This document shows positions 1-10,737 of a stretch of DNA of 64,000 nucleotides, piece by piece. The position numbers were made by a program, and so were the translations under genes. The stretch lies in contig CBDCVK010000010.1 of NCBI GenBank assembly GCA_965223005.1, positions 1,216,001 to 1,280,000 of the forward strand, in the 5' to 3' direction. This stretch comes from Terriglobia bacterium. GTDB taxonomy: Bacteria > Acidobacteriota > Terriglobia > JAJPHL01 > JAPKYU01. Each line of letters begins with the position of its first letter. Positions within the stretch are counted from its first letter, which is position 1. The notes beneath the pieces are model-generated. The model searched no databases and had not been told where the DNA came from. It saw only the letters and a list, made by a program, of their open reading frames with translations.

Positions 1-1496
1 GCGCCACCAACTCCCCGCAGTTGCTGTTGGCCCGGCTCCAGGTGCAGCCCAGCGGGACTGCGCCGGTGGGCAGTATCAATCCCGGTGGCATTGCGCTGGT
101 CGGTGAGTCCGGCGGGGCGATACAACAGGGTTCGCTCACGGTCAGCACTACCGGCGGGGCAACGCTGAGCTATGCGACTTCGGCCAGCACCTCAGACGGC
201 GCCCTCTGGCTTTCGGTCTCCCCACCCGGGGGCAGCCTGCAAGGTTCCGCCGACCGCGGCACGGTCAACGTCCAGGCTAACCCAGCCCAACTGTCTCCTG
301 GCGTCTACCGGGGCAAAGTGGCGGTGGCCTTCAGCACGGGCGTCACTCAGGACGTCAGCGTGTTGCTGGTGGTGACACCGCAGGGTACCGCCGTGGCCAG
401 CGGGGGGTCGTACACGGGGGCTGGACTGGCACAGTCCGCCTGCACCCCCACACAGCAATTCCCGCTCCAGGTCGCCCTGACCAATGGCAGCAGCGTGCCC
501 ACGGGATTTGGCACGGTGGTGCAGGTGAGCGTCCTGGATGACTGCGGCATTGCGGTGGATAACTCGGTGGTGGTTATCCAATTCGGCAACGGTGACCCGG
601 CCTTGGTCCTGGACCCCAAGAAGAGGGTTGGTCCCGGCCTCTATTCGGGAACGTGGAAACCGGGGCAACAAGGCGCCACCGAAGTCACTGTGCAAGCCAC
701 CGGCAGCGGCTTGGCGCCGGGTCAGACGGATCTGCAGGTTGTGATTTCCGAGCAGGGCGCCGCCCTGTCGAGCCCGGAGATTTTCACCAACGGCGCGGTG
801 CATGGTGCCCATTTCAATCTCATCGGCGGGGTCAAGCAGGTTGCCCCGCTAGCGAGAGGCCAGATCTTTTCGGTGTTCGGCAACCGGCTGGCCATCGGGC
901 GCAGCTTCGCCGACCAAGTCCCGTTGCCACGTTCACTGGCGGGGGTTACCGCCAAGCTGGCCGGCACCGACGTGCCTTTGTTCTTCTCCGACACCGGGCA
1001 GTTAAACGCGCAGATCCCCTTTGAACTGCCGTCCGGCGGCACCTTCCCGCTGGTGGTTACCATGGGCGGGCTGGGCAGCTCGCCCGAGCTGATCACCTTG
1101 ACCAACACGCAGCCGGGTATCTTTACGGTTGCCCAAAGCGGGAGCGGTCCTGGAGTCATCACCGACGCGCCGGGCACCCTGATCGCCACCGCGAATCCCG
1201 CCCGGCTCGGCCAGGTCGTGATCGTCTACGCCACCGGCCTGGGGCCCACCAACCCGACGGTGCCCACCGGAGAGGCTACCCCATTCGGCACGCTGGCGCG
1301 GGTCGTGGACGGCCTGACCGTAACCGTCGGGGGTGTTCCGGCAGCTGTGGACTCTGCAGGGCTGACCCCAGGTTTTGTTGGGCTCTACCAGGTGAACGTC
1401 CGTATCCCCGACAACGCGCCGTTGGGCGACGGAGTGGAACTCTTTCTGGAACAAAACCAGATCCGAAGCAACACGGTGACCCTGGTGATCCAGTAG
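1..1496 (+). CDS. TIGR03437-family (Solibacter C-terminal domain) secreted protein with BACON/Ig-like domains, 5'-partial
   Basis: C-terminal motifs LFFSDTGQLNAQIPFE, PGIFT, ANPARLGQVVIVYATGLG, PGFVGLYQVN; frame appears open at the window start. Confidence 0.85.
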   Translation, partial: ATNSPQLLLARLQVQPSGTAPVGSINPGGIALVGESGGAIQQGSLTVSTTGGATLSYATSASTSDGALWLSVSPPGGSLQGSADRGTVNVQANPAQLSPGVYRGKVAVAFSTGVTQDVSVLLVVTPQGTAVASGGSYTGAGLAQSACTPTQQFPLQVALTNGSSVPTGFGTVVQVSVLDDCGIAVDNSVVVIQFGNGDPALVLDPKKRVGPGLYSGTWKPGQQGATEVTVQATGSGLAPGQTDLQVVISEQGAALSSPEIFTNGAVHGAHFNLIGGVKQVAPLARGQIFSVFGNRLAIGRSFADQVPLPRSLAGVTAKLAGTDVPLFFSDTGQLNAQIPFELPSGGTFPLVVTMGGLGSSPELITLTNTQPGIFTVAQSGSGPGVITDAPGTLIATANPARLGQVVIVYATGLGPTNPTVPTGEATPFGTLARVVDGLTVTVGGVPAAVDSAGLTPGFVGLYQVNVRIPDNAPLGDGVELFLEQNQIRSNTVTLVIQ

Positions 1497-1727
1497 GTTC
1501 CGGCCCTGCTCCGTCGCCTTCCCAAACCTTGCCCTGTGAATTAGTGGTGGCGGCTAGAGCTTCGCGAGGGAGCAAGCGTACTCGTGGACAACGCCAGGCT
1601 GCTGGAAACAATCGCGTGGGACACAGGCGCAGACGCCCGATGGATTAACCACGAAACCCGGTTGGTTAACCACAAAAAGGGATGTACCTCTTCAAAAATC
1701 TTTTAGTTAAGTGGGCACCAGGCGGAA

Positions 1728-4373
1728 TTAACTTCTGGTAATGAATTCATCCAAATTCAGGAGGAGTCGGCAAACCCCGAGCCAGGCCGCTGCCTCTGCA
1801 GGGTCGATCCCTTCCAGCTCGATCGCGGGGAATAGGCTGTCCACCAATTCGCTCTTTTTCTCCAGAATGTCTTTCTGCTGCTGGTAATAGCTAACCAAGC
1901 GATCTTTTTCCTGCGGTCGGGGTTCTCGTCCCAGGGAGAGTCGGAAGGCGTAATTCAGCCGGTCATTCCAACTGCCGCGTTCCTCCCGCAAGATTCTGAC
2001 GGCCATCACCTGGGCCGCTTCTACAAATACCGGATCGTTGAGAAGGTTCAGTGCCTGCAAGGGCGTGGTAGACCGTTCTCGCCGGGTGCAGGACAACAGA
2101 GCATCTGGCGCATCAAAATTGAGCAATTGCGGGTAGGGAGTGGTGCGCAGGAACATCGTGTAAAGTCCCCGGCGGTAGCGTTCCGCTCCTTTGCTCTCTA
2201 TCCATTTTTCCGGACCGCCACCAAAACCCAACTCGATCACCCCCGAGGGTTGGGGCGGGCGCACGCTCTTACCCCCGATCGCGCGATTCAGCAGCCCGCT
2301 GGCGACCAATGTCGAATCGCGGACCAATTCTGCTGGTAGGCTGAGGCGTACCTGGCGGGCGAGCAGCCTGTTATAAGCGTCGCGCTCCCGCAAATCGTCT
2401 CTCACGTTCGAGGATTGGCGGTAGGTGGCCGACTCCACGATGAGCTTGTGCATCCGCTTCATGTCCCAGCCGCTTGCCATGAATTCCACAGCCAGCCAAT
2501 CCAGCAGTTCCGGGTGTGTGGGCCGATCTCCCCGGGTGCCAAAGTCCCCGGAAGTTCCTACCAGCCCGCGACCAAAGAACTCCTGCCAGGCGCGGTTGAC
2601 CCAGACACGTGCGGTGAGAGGGTTGTCCTTCGAAAGCAGCCACCGGCCGAGGGCGAGTCGGGAAGGACTGGCATCCTGGGGAGGGGAATTCAATACTGCC
2701 GGCGTGGCGGGTTGGACCTCAATCCCGGGATTCCGATGATCACCCCGGATCAAAATGCGAGTCTTGGGAGGATCAGGATTTTCGACGAGAATTTGAGCTT
2801 CACTCAGCCCCGGATACTGATTCTTCAGTGTATCCAATTTGCCCTTGAGTTCCTTGAATTTCAATTCCTTGTACTTCTTGCTGCCAAACGTTTCTCCAAC
2901 AGTCCCAACGAATTGGTCCGTCAGCTTATCCCTTTGCTTCGGCGTTCGTAAGCCGGGGTCGAGCTTCAGTATCTGCCGCCCGCCGTCGAGTTCGGTTCCT
3001 AAAAGGTCCCAGGCAATGTCATAGGAAGGATCCACGCCTGGATCGGCCCCGGCTTCCAACGTTTTCTGTTCCCAGTCGGGTTGTAATTCTGGAACTTTGT
3101 ATTCCTCCAACAATGCCTTTCTTTTCTCGGCATACTCTGTTCTGCTTTGCAAGTACGCACCCAATTCCGACGGGAGGGGAGCCTCGATATTTTGCTCGCT
3201 GGCGCGGTCAAAAAACGCAAACAACTGATAAAATTCTTTCTGGCTAAGAGGATCGTATTTGTGATCGTGACAGCGCGCACAGCCGACCGTCATGGCAAGC
3301 CAGACGGTGCCTAGCGTCGAGGTCCGATCCACCACCTGTTCCACGCGATATTCCTCCAGGTCAATCCCCCCTTCGCGGTTGGTCAGGGTGTTGCGAAGAA
3401 ACCCGGTGGCAATCTTTTGCTGGATCGTGGCATTGGGCAACAAGTCTCCGGCGATTTGCTCGACGGTAAATTCGTCGAACGGCTTATTTCGATTCAGCGC
3501 CTGAATCACCCAATCACGCCATTGCCAGGCATGGGGTCGTACGCGGTCCGTTTCATACCCGTCACTGTCGGCGTAATGCGCTAAGTCGAGCCACTGCCGC
3601 GCCCATTTCTCTCCATAGTGCGGGGAGGCCAACAGGCGCTCGACCAGCCGTTCATACGCATCCGGGCGCTGGTCCGCTAGAAACTGGGCAATTTCCTTCG
3701 GGGTTGGAGGCAAGCCGACGAGATCGAAACTGACACGCCGGATCAAAGTCACCCGGTCTGCTTCCTGGGACGGCGCGATCCCCTCGGCATCGAGCCTGGC
3801 CAGGACAAACGCGTCAATTGGGTTGCGAACCGAGGCCTGGCTACGCACCTTGGGAAGGGGAGGTCGCTGGGTTGGGAGGAACGCCCAGTGCTTGCTCCTC
3901 GCCTCCGGCACTTCCTTCGCAGGTGCGCCCGCCCCCGAGCCCTCCTCTGGGACGGATGCGACCTGTTCGGGCCACTCAGCACCCTGGTCGATCCACGCGC
4001 GTAGCAAACCTACCTGCTCCGGGGTGAGCCGTTTCCCCACCATCGGCATGATCAGATCTTTTTTCAGCCCAGCAACCAGGTGAATCAGCTTGCTTTCGGC
4101 GCTGTTGCCCGGCTTGATCACCGGCCCCGCGTAGCCTCCGGCCATCGCGGCAACCTTTTCATCCAGGCGTAGACCACCCATCTGTTGCTTCGGGCCATGG
4201 CAGGCGTAGCACGTCTCTTTAAACAGGGGCTCGACGTCCCGTGAAAAATCAACCTGGGTCTTTGCTGCAGGAGGCAGGGCCTGGATGTCTATTTCCTGGG
4301 CCAACTGGGGAATGTAAGGGATTCCTAGAAGGAAAAGTACCGCTACGCTTGCTGTGAAGATCTTTCGGGACAT
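1728..4373 (-). CDS. Planctomycete cytochrome c + DUF1549/DUF1553 (PSD1) domain protein
   Basis: Signal-like N-terminus, CYACH and CARCHDH motifs, HYGEKWARQWLDLA, TTPLQALNLLND. Confidence 0.9.
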   Translation of the reverse strand: MSRKIFTASVAVLFLLGIPYIPQLAQEIDIQALPPAAKTQVDFSRDVEPLFKETCYACHGPKQQMGGLRLDEKVAAMAGGYAGPVIKPGNSAESKLIHLVAGLKKDLIMPMVGKRLTPEQVGLLRAWIDQGAEWPEQVASVPEEGSGAGAPAKEVPEARSKHWAFLPTQRPPLPKVRSQASVRNPIDAFVLARLDAEGIAPSQEADRVTLIRRVSFDLVGLPPTPKEIAQFLADQRPDAYERLVERLLASPHYGEKWARQWLDLAHYADSDGYETDRVRPHAWQWRDWVIQALNRNKPFDEFTVEQIAGDLLPNATIQQKIATGFLRNTLTNREGGIDLEEYRVEQVVDRTSTLGTVWLAMTVGCARCHDHKYDPLSQKEFYQLFAFFDRASEQNIEAPLPSELGAYLQSRTEYAEKRKALLEEYKVPELQPDWEQKTLEAGADPGVDPSYDIAWDLLGTELDGGRQILKLDPGLRTPKQRDKLTDQFVGTVGETFGSKKYKELKFKELKGKLDTLKNQYPGLSEAQILVENPDPPKTRILIRGDHRNPGIEVQPATPAVLNSPPQDASPSRLALGRWLLSKDNPLTARVWVNRAWQEFFGRGLVGTSGDFGTRGDRPTHPELLDWLAVEFMASGWDMKRMHKLIVESATYRQSSNVRDDLRERDAYNRLLARQVRLSLPAELVRDSTLVASGLLNRAIGGKSVRPPQPSGVIELGFGGGPEKWIESKGAERYRRGLYTMFLRTTPYPQLLNFDAPDALLSCTRRERSTTPLQALNLLNDPVFVEAAQVMAVRILREERGSWNDRLNYAFRLSLGREPRPQEKDRLVSYYQQQKDILEKKSELVDSLFPAIELEGIDPAEAAAWLGVCRLLLNLDEFITRS

Positions 4374-4405
4374 GAGAATGAAATCCAAAAGAAAACCTGG
4401 GCCTC

Positions 4406-5854
4406 CTATGCCAACAACTTGTGCGCCACTTCGCCGGCCACATCGGTAAGCCGAAAATCGCGGCCCTGGTGGCGATGGGTGAGCTTCTTATGATTGAAAC
4501 CCAGGCAGTGCAGGATGGTGGCATGCAGGTCGTGGACAAAGATCGGATCTTCGACAACGGTGAACCCCAGTTCATCGGTCTTGCCGATTACTTGTCCGCG
4601 CTTGATTCCTCCCCCGGCCATCCACATGCTGAAAGCGTGACGGTGGTGATCCCTACCCCAATAATCTTTATCCGGCTTGCGAGCCTCCACCATCGGCGTC
4701 CGCCCGAACTCGCCTCCCCAGATGACCAGGGTATTCTCCAGTAACCCCCGTTGTTTGAGATCTTTCAACAGGGCAGCAGTGGGCTGGTCGGTAATGGCGC
4801 AGTTTTTCTTCAGCTTCTTGTTCAGCTCTCTATGATCGTCCCAAGTGGCATGAAGCAGTTGTACAAACCGCACGCCCCGTTCGATCATCCGCCGCGCCAA
4901 CAGGCAGTTGGTGGCGAAAGGTCGAGTGGGCTCCTTGTTGATCCCGTACATCTCCAAGGTGCTGCGCGATTCCTTGGAGAAGTCCAGCAGTTCCGGACCG
5001 GCCGCCTGCATGCGAAACGCCAACTCGTAGGAAGCAATCCGGGAGGCGATCTCTAAATCCCCCGTATCTACGTAGTGCTGCTCGTTGAGCTGCCGGATCG
5101 TATCCAGCCGAGCCCGCTGGCTTTCCTGGCTGATGCCCGGAGGATTGGAAAGATACAGCACCGGATCCCCCTTGCTGCGGAAGGGCACCCCTTGATAGAC
5201 GGAGGGCAGAAACCCGCTGCTAAAGTTCTGCGTACCCGCGCTGGCGCCCGCCCCGGAACTGAGCACTACGAAACCCGGCAAGTTCTGCGACTCGCTTCCC
5301 AAACCGTAGGTCACCCAGGCCCCCATCGAGGGACGACCCGGGAGCGGGCTCCCACAGTTGATCATCAACTGACCTGGGTGGTGGTTGATCTGGTTGGTCT
5401 GCATCGAGCGAATCAGGCAGATGTCGTCGGCACGGGTGGCCAAGTGGGGCAGCCAATCGGAAATCTCGATCCCGGATTCTCCGTGGGGCTTAAAAACCCG
5501 CGGGCTGGCCCAGATCTTAGCCGTAGGCTGGATGAAGGCCAGGTTGCCGACTTGCTTCCTCATCGACTCAGGTAAGCTCTGCCCTTCCCACTTCTTCAAT
5601 TCCGGCTTGGGGTCAAGCAGATCGATCTGGCTTGGCGCCCCGGCCATGAACAGGAAAATCACATTCTTGGCCTTGGGGGTGAAATGGGGCAGCTTGGGTT
5701 GCAGCGGATTCACATCGGGCAATCCTTCGCTCAGTGTTCCGGCTGATCCTTCCAGCGCCAACAGATGCCAGAAGGCGATCATCCCTATGCCGCCAGCACA
5801 CTCCTGTAGAAAACTCCGACGGTTTTGTATGCGCTGGAACTCTTGAAAGTCCAT
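4406..5854 (-). CDS. DUF1501 domain protein
   Basis: RRSFL Tat-like N-terminus, AKNVIFLFMAGAPSQID, WGGEFGRTP, GRDHH; directly follows a DUF1553 gene. Confidence 0.9.
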   Translation of the reverse strand: MDFQEFQRIQNRRSFLQECAGGIGMIAFWHLLALEGSAGTLSEGLPDVNPLQPKLPHFTPKAKNVIFLFMAGAPSQIDLLDPKPELKKWEGQSLPESMRKQVGNLAFIQPTAKIWASPRVFKPHGESGIEISDWLPHLATRADDICLIRSMQTNQINHHPGQLMINCGSPLPGRPSMGAWVTYGLGSESQNLPGFVVLSSGAGASAGTQNFSSGFLPSVYQGVPFRSKGDPVLYLSNPPGISQESQRARLDTIRQLNEQHYVDTGDLEIASRIASYELAFRMQAAGPELLDFSKESRSTLEMYGINKEPTRPFATNCLLARRMIERGVRFVQLLHATWDDHRELNKKLKKNCAITDQPTAALLKDLKQRGLLENTLVIWGGEFGRTPMVEARKPDKDYWGRDHHRHAFSMWMAGGGIKRGQVIGKTDELGFTVVEDPIFVHDLHATILHCLGFNHKKLTHRHQGRDFRLTDVAGEVAHKLLA

Positions 5855-5857
5855 GGG

Positions 5858-8539
5858 TTATTCCCTGGTAATGAATTCATCCAGATTCAGCAGCACGCTG
5901 CTGAGACCCACCCACGCAGCGGCTTCGGCAGGCTCCACCCCGTCCACCCCCTGAGCGGGGAATACCTTCTCGATGGACTGGGGATCGCGCTCGAGAACTT
6001 CCTTTTGCTGCTGGTAATACCGGATGAGGGGATCTTTCTCCGCCGGACGGGGCTTGCGGGCCAGACACAGGCGGAAGGCATATTCAATCCGGTCACTTAA
6101 GCTCCCGGGCTTCTCTCGCAGCACCCTGGCAGCCAGGCCCTGCGCCGCCTCGAAAAAGACCGGGTCGTTCAGCAAGTTTAAAGCCTGCAAGGGAGTGGTG
6201 GAGCGCTCCCGCCGGCTACAGGAACTCAGCGAATCCGGCGCGTCAAACGTCGTCATTTGCGGATAGGGCACCATCCGTTGGAAGAAGGTATAGAGGCCCC
6301 GGCGATAGCGGTCCGCTCCCTGGCTCTCGTCCCAGAAGATCCACTCATTCATGCCAAAGCCGAGTTCCAGGACACTGGTAGGTAACGGCGGGCGCACGCT
6401 CTTGCCCCCGATGGCCGGGTTCAACAGGCCACTGGCCGCCAGCGTCACGTCCCGGACCAGCTCCGCCGACAAGCGAAGCCGCAGTTGACGCGCCAGCAAC
6501 TGGTTGGAGGGATCGCGCTCTTCCAGCTCCGGGCGGATCTTCGACGACTGCCGGTAGGTGGCCGAGGTCACCAACAGCTTGTGAACCTTCTTCACGTTCC
6601 AGCCGTTGTCCATGAACCCCACCGCCAGCCAGTCCAGCAGCTTCCGATGCGCGGGCGGTTTGCCACGCGTGCCAAAGTCCTCGGAGGTTTCCACCAAGCC
6701 CCGGCCAAACAACTCCTGCCACATCCGGTTCACCGTTACCCGCGCCGTCAGCGGGTTCTCCGTCGATACCAGCCATCGCGCCAGGCTGAGGCGGTCGGCG
6801 TGACCATTGGGGGAACGCAGGGGCGGTAGGAACGCCGGCGTATTGGGTTGAACCTCTATGCCCGGACGATCCCAAACACCCCGAATGAGTAAATGCGTCT
6901 TAGGAGGAGTAGGGTTCTCGTTCAGGGTCAGCGCTTCGCTCAGGGCCGGATATTCCCCCTTTAAATACTCCAGCTTTTTCCGAAGCTCCTTAAACTTTTT
7001 CTTCTCTTTTGGTCCAAATTCAGGTGGGGGCCACTTGACCAAGTGATCTACGAGCAAGTCCTGTACCTTCTGGGAGCGTTGAGAGGGGGGAATCCGGATG
7101 AGGTCTTGCGCGCCGTCGGTCCCGTGGTCGGGGTCAACAGCTAGGTAGTGCCATTCGACTTGCCACGGGAGACTGGCGGACTCGAGATTGTCGCCGGTTT
7201 CCAGCATCTTCTTCTCCCACTCTGGATAGAGTTTCGGCACACCGTAGTCGGCCAATAGCTCCCGTCTCTTCTTGTCATACTCCGGCTTCCGCAGAAGGTA
7301 GGGCCCCAACTCCCCGGGCAAAGGGGCTTCAATGTTGACTTCCTGGCCGGTATCAAAGAAGGCGTACAGTTGGTAATAGTCTTTCTGGGTAACGGGATCG
7401 AACTTATGGTCGTGACACTGCGCACAACCCACCGTCAGGCCCAGCCACACGGTGCCCAGAGTATTGGTGCGATCCAGCACCTGCTCATTGCGCCTCTGTT
7501 CCAAAGGCATGCCGCCTTCCCGGTTGGTCAGGGTATGGCGCAGAAATCCGGTCGCGACCTTCTGTTCCACCGTGGCGTTGGGCAGCAGGTTACCCGCCAG
7601 CTGCTCAATGGTGAACTGATCAAAGGGCATATTGCGGTTCAGCGCGTCGATCACCCAATGACGCCAGCGCCAGGCATGGGATCGGGCCCTATCGTTTTCG
7701 TAACCGTCGCTCTCGCCATAGTGCGCCAGATCGAGCCACTGACGGGCCCATTTCTCCCCGTAGTGGGGCGAGGCGAGCAGCCGGTCCACCAAACGCTCAT
7801 AAGCATCAGGCTGGTTGTCGGCCAGAAATTCATCGACTTCCCGGGGGGTAGGCGGCAGGCCAATCAGATCCAGACTCACCCGCCGGATCAGCGTAGTGCG
7901 GTCAGCTTCCGGCGAAGGTTCAATCCCTTCCGCCTCTAGCTTAGCCAGCACAAACGCATCGATGGGATTTCTTATCCAAGTTCGATTCCGGGCCCGATTC
8001 CTGACCTGGGGCACCGCAACCCGTTGCGGCGGTATGAAGGCCCAATGGGTCGTCTGGGGCCTCTCGCTCTGAGCTGCTTCAGGACTGGGGGCCGTCCGCT
8101 GCTCAGGCCACTCGGCTCCTTGATCAATCCATGCCCGCAGGAGCCCCACTTGTTCGGGGGTGAGCTTTTCGCCCACCAGAGGCATCACCAAAGCTTCATT
8201 GTCTTTGTCTTTCTTTACCCCCGCTACCATCTGGATCAGCTTGCTCTCGGCACTCTTTCCCAGCAGGATAACGGCGCCCGAGTATCCACCCGCGAGGGCA
8301 GCCTCTCGACTGTCCAGCCGCAGACCTCCCATCTGCTTCTCTGGCCCGTGGCAGGACTCACACTTCTCTTTGAAGAGGGGACCGACGTCGCGCCCAAAAT
8401 CCACCCGGCTCTTGGCCGGCGGAGGCAGCGCCCCCTCATCAGTCTCGACGGCCGGCTGCAAGGCTGCCCATGCTGAGACGGCCACTAGGCAGCAACCCAA
8501 ACCCCAGATTCGAAGCCAGATTCGATGATTGTTACGCAT
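5858..8539 (-). CDS. Planctomycete cytochrome c + DUF1549/DUF1553 (PSD1) domain protein, paralogue of 1728-4373
   Basis: CESCH and CAQCHDH motifs; same PSD1 motifs; start set at MRNNH, which precedes a signal peptide. Confidence 0.9.
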   Translation of the reverse strand: MRNNHRIWLRIWGLGCCLVAVSAWAALQPAVETDEGALPPPAKSRVDFGRDVGPLFKEKCESCHGPEKQMGGLRLDSREAALAGGYSGAVILLGKSAESKLIQMVAGVKKDKDNEALVMPLVGEKLTPEQVGLLRAWIDQGAEWPEQRTAPSPEAAQSERPQTTHWAFIPPQRVAVPQVRNRARNRTWIRNPIDAFVLAKLEAEGIEPSPEADRTTLIRRVSLDLIGLPPTPREVDEFLADNQPDAYERLVDRLLASPHYGEKWARQWLDLAHYGESDGYENDRARSHAWRWRHWVIDALNRNMPFDQFTIEQLAGNLLPNATVEQKVATGFLRHTLTNREGGMPLEQRRNEQVLDRTNTLGTVWLGLTVGCAQCHDHKFDPVTQKDYYQLYAFFDTGQEVNIEAPLPGELGPYLLRKPEYDKKRRELLADYGVPKLYPEWEKKMLETGDNLESASLPWQVEWHYLAVDPDHGTDGAQDLIRIPPSQRSQKVQDLLVDHLVKWPPPEFGPKEKKKFKELRKKLEYLKGEYPALSEALTLNENPTPPKTHLLIRGVWDRPGIEVQPNTPAFLPPLRSPNGHADRLSLARWLVSTENPLTARVTVNRMWQELFGRGLVETSEDFGTRGKPPAHRKLLDWLAVGFMDNGWNVKKVHKLLVTSATYRQSSKIRPELEERDPSNQLLARQLRLRLSAELVRDVTLAASGLLNPAIGGKSVRPPLPTSVLELGFGMNEWIFWDESQGADRYRRGLYTFFQRMVPYPQMTTFDAPDSLSSCSRRERSTTPLQALNLLNDPVFFEAAQGLAARVLREKPGSLSDRIEYAFRLCLARKPRPAEKDPLIRYYQQQKEVLERDPQSIEKVFPAQGVDGVEPAEAAAWVGLSSVLLNLDEFITRE

Positions 8540-8887
8540 GGACCTCAACCTGAGAGACTCGCGTACTGCCCGCTGATACACTCCTCCGCTAGTGCTATTG
8601 TACATTCTCGTCCTCGGGGGTTCAAGCAACCCTTGGGATCAACACTGGCGGTCAACGCGGGCATCAGCCCGGCTTGTCCCCTGGACGGCTTCTGAGCAGC
8701 TAGAGCGCGCTGCTGCCAGCCACTGGCCTTGGGTGTGGCTCAGAACGGGTCGAGCCCCCGGTACTCGAGCGGTATCTGGCGTCCCGAGGCAAGCAGCGCG
8801 GAACCGTTGCTTTTTGCGTAGTCTTCAGCTATCTTTGGATGCCGCATCATCTGCGCGGGAATTCCAGATGGAGAAGGAACCTAGTTC

Positions 8888-9583
8888 ATGAACGTGACTG
8901 CCAATACCTACCTTGACGCCATTGACCAGCAGGTTGCCACGCGCAGCCTTTTGCTACATCCCTTCTACCAGAGCTGGACCCAGGGGAAGCTCAGTCGCGA
9001 GGCTCTCGGCGACTATGCTGAGCAGTATTACCATCACGTTGCGGCCTTCCCCACCTACCTATCCGCCCTGCACTCCCACACGGAGGACGCCGTCGTCCGA
9101 CGGCACATCCTGGCCAATCTGATGGACGAAGAAGCAGGCACCCCGAACCACCCGGAGCTGTGGCTTCGCTTTGCCGAAGCGTTAGGCCTGAATCGGGAAC
9201 AGGTGCAGCAGGCGAAACTGTGGGACGAGACCAAAAGCCTGATTCATACCTTTCGCAGAATCTGCCGTGACCGCAGCCCGGCCGATGGCGTGGCGGCTCT
9301 TTATGCATATGAGAGCCAAATTCCCGCTGTGGCAGAATCCAAGATTGACGGACTGAGGAAATTCTACAGTTTCCGGAACGAGCGCGGCCTGGCTTACTTT
9401 CGCGTCCATGTGGAGGCGGATCGCGAGCACGCTGAGGTCGAGCGCGGGTTGCTGGAGTCCTACCTGAACGAAACTACGGCGACCTCGGCCACCGAATCGG
9501 CGGGCGAAGTACTTGACGCGCTGTGGGCGTTGCTGTCAGCAGTCTGCCGGCGCCACGGCATCGCTTGTCCGACTGCGTCCTGA
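8888..9583 (+). CDS. CADD-family (CT610-like) heme-oxygenase-fold dimetal enzyme, putative self-sacrificing pABA synthase
   Basis: 231 aa; Y27, Y43, E81, H88, E142, K152, H174, D178 and H181 sit at the positions I recall for Chlamydia CADD. Confidence 0.85.
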   Translation: MNVTANTYLDAIDQQVATRSLLLHPFYQSWTQGKLSREALGDYAEQYYHHVAAFPTYLSALHSHTEDAVVRRHILANLMDEEAGTPNHPELWLRFAEALGLNREQVQQAKLWDETKSLIHTFRRICRDRSPADGVAALYAYESQIPAVAESKIDGLRKFYSFRNERGLAYFRVHVEADREHAEVERGLLESYLNETTATSATESAGEVLDALWALLSAVCRRHGIACPTAS

Positions 9584-9738
9584 CCCGCAGACCTGAACCC
9601 TCGGTCTGGCCCCTGCCTGTTTTTTCCCGACTAGTGCGTCCGCGCGGCGAGAATGGTAAGCTGGTGTGGGAAGACCTTTGATGGAGAGGGTTGTACCTTT
9701 GAGTTTGGCTTCTTGTTTTCTCCCGGCGAGGTGAAGCC

Positions 9739-10611
9739 ATGGACCGCAAGCCCGAGGCCGCAAGCAAGATTTCTGCCCCGCTGATTCTCGATCGCAAGCT
9801 GCGTGGGGAAAAGATCACCTGCCTGACTGCGTATGACTATCCCACAGCCCGGTTGGTGGACGAGGCGGGGATCGACATGATTCTTGTGGGGGATTCCCTG
9901 GGCCAAGTGGTTCTGGGCTACGAATCGACGATCCCGGTGACGGTGGAGGAAATGCTCCACCATCTGCGGGCGGCGCGGCGAGGGACGCAGCGCGCCCTAT
10001 TGATCGTTGATCTCCCCTATGGCTCCTACCACCCGAGTGAAGAAGAGGGCCTGCGGACCGCCATTCGCTTTTTCAAGGAAGGAGGCGCCGAGGCGGTGAA
10101 AATCGAGGGAGGCAAGAAGCGGATGGGCCTCATTCGCCGCCTGGTCGAGGCCGAAATTCCGGTGATGGGCCACATTGGCTTGACCCCCCAATCGGTTCGC
10201 GCCTTCGGCGGTTATCGCGTGCAAGGCAAGACCACCGAATCGGCCAACGACGCGCTGGCCGACGCCCAGGCTGTGGAGGACGCTGGTGCATTTTCCATCG
10301 TACTGGAAGGTATCCCGAGGGAACTCGCGGCCATAATCACCCGCCGGCTGCGCATCCCCACGATCGGCATCGGCGCCGGGCCCGAGTGCGACGGCCAAGT
10401 CCTAGTGATTCACGACCTTCTGGGCTTGAGTTTTCAGTCACAAGCAAAGTTTGTGCGGGCCTACGCCGACCTCACACAAACAGCGCGGGACGCGTTGGTG
10501 CGATTCCGCGACGACGTCCTGGTGGGCCGCTACCCGAGCGACCGAGAGTCATACCACTGGCCAGCGGGCTTGCGCGAACAGTTCGAGAAAGTGGACGTAA
10601 ACAAAATATAG
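9739..10611 (+). CDS. panB: 3-methyl-2-oxobutanoate hydroxymethyltransferase
   Basis: LTAYD, LVGDSLG, AVKIEGG, GHIGLTPQS motifs. Confidence 0.97.
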   Translation: MDRKPEAASKISAPLILDRKLRGEKITCLTAYDYPTARLVDEAGIDMILVGDSLGQVVLGYESTIPVTVEEMLHHLRAARRGTQRALLIVDLPYGSYHPSEEEGLRTAIRFFKEGGAEAVKIEGGKKRMGLIRRLVEAEIPVMGHIGLTPQSVRAFGGYRVQGKTTESANDALADAQAVEDAGAFSIVLEGIPRELAAIITRRLRIPTIGIGAGPECDGQVLVIHDLLGLSFQSQAKFVRAYADLTQTARDALVRFRDDVLVGRYPSDRESYHWPAGLREQFEKVDVNKI

Positions 10612-10737
10612 GTTCCGCAAGGCGTTCAACCCGGCCTTACCGCAGCTTCCCGCTCCATGCCGCTTGAGTCGGACCTTGGTTATTCCGAGCTTGGTTATCC
10701 GGTCAGCTCCCCACACAGTTGCCTGAGGCGTATGGCG

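Noticed and set aside
8888-9583. pqqC or tenA
   Set aside because: No pqq or thiamine genes nearby, and the residue pattern fits the CADD dimetal site.
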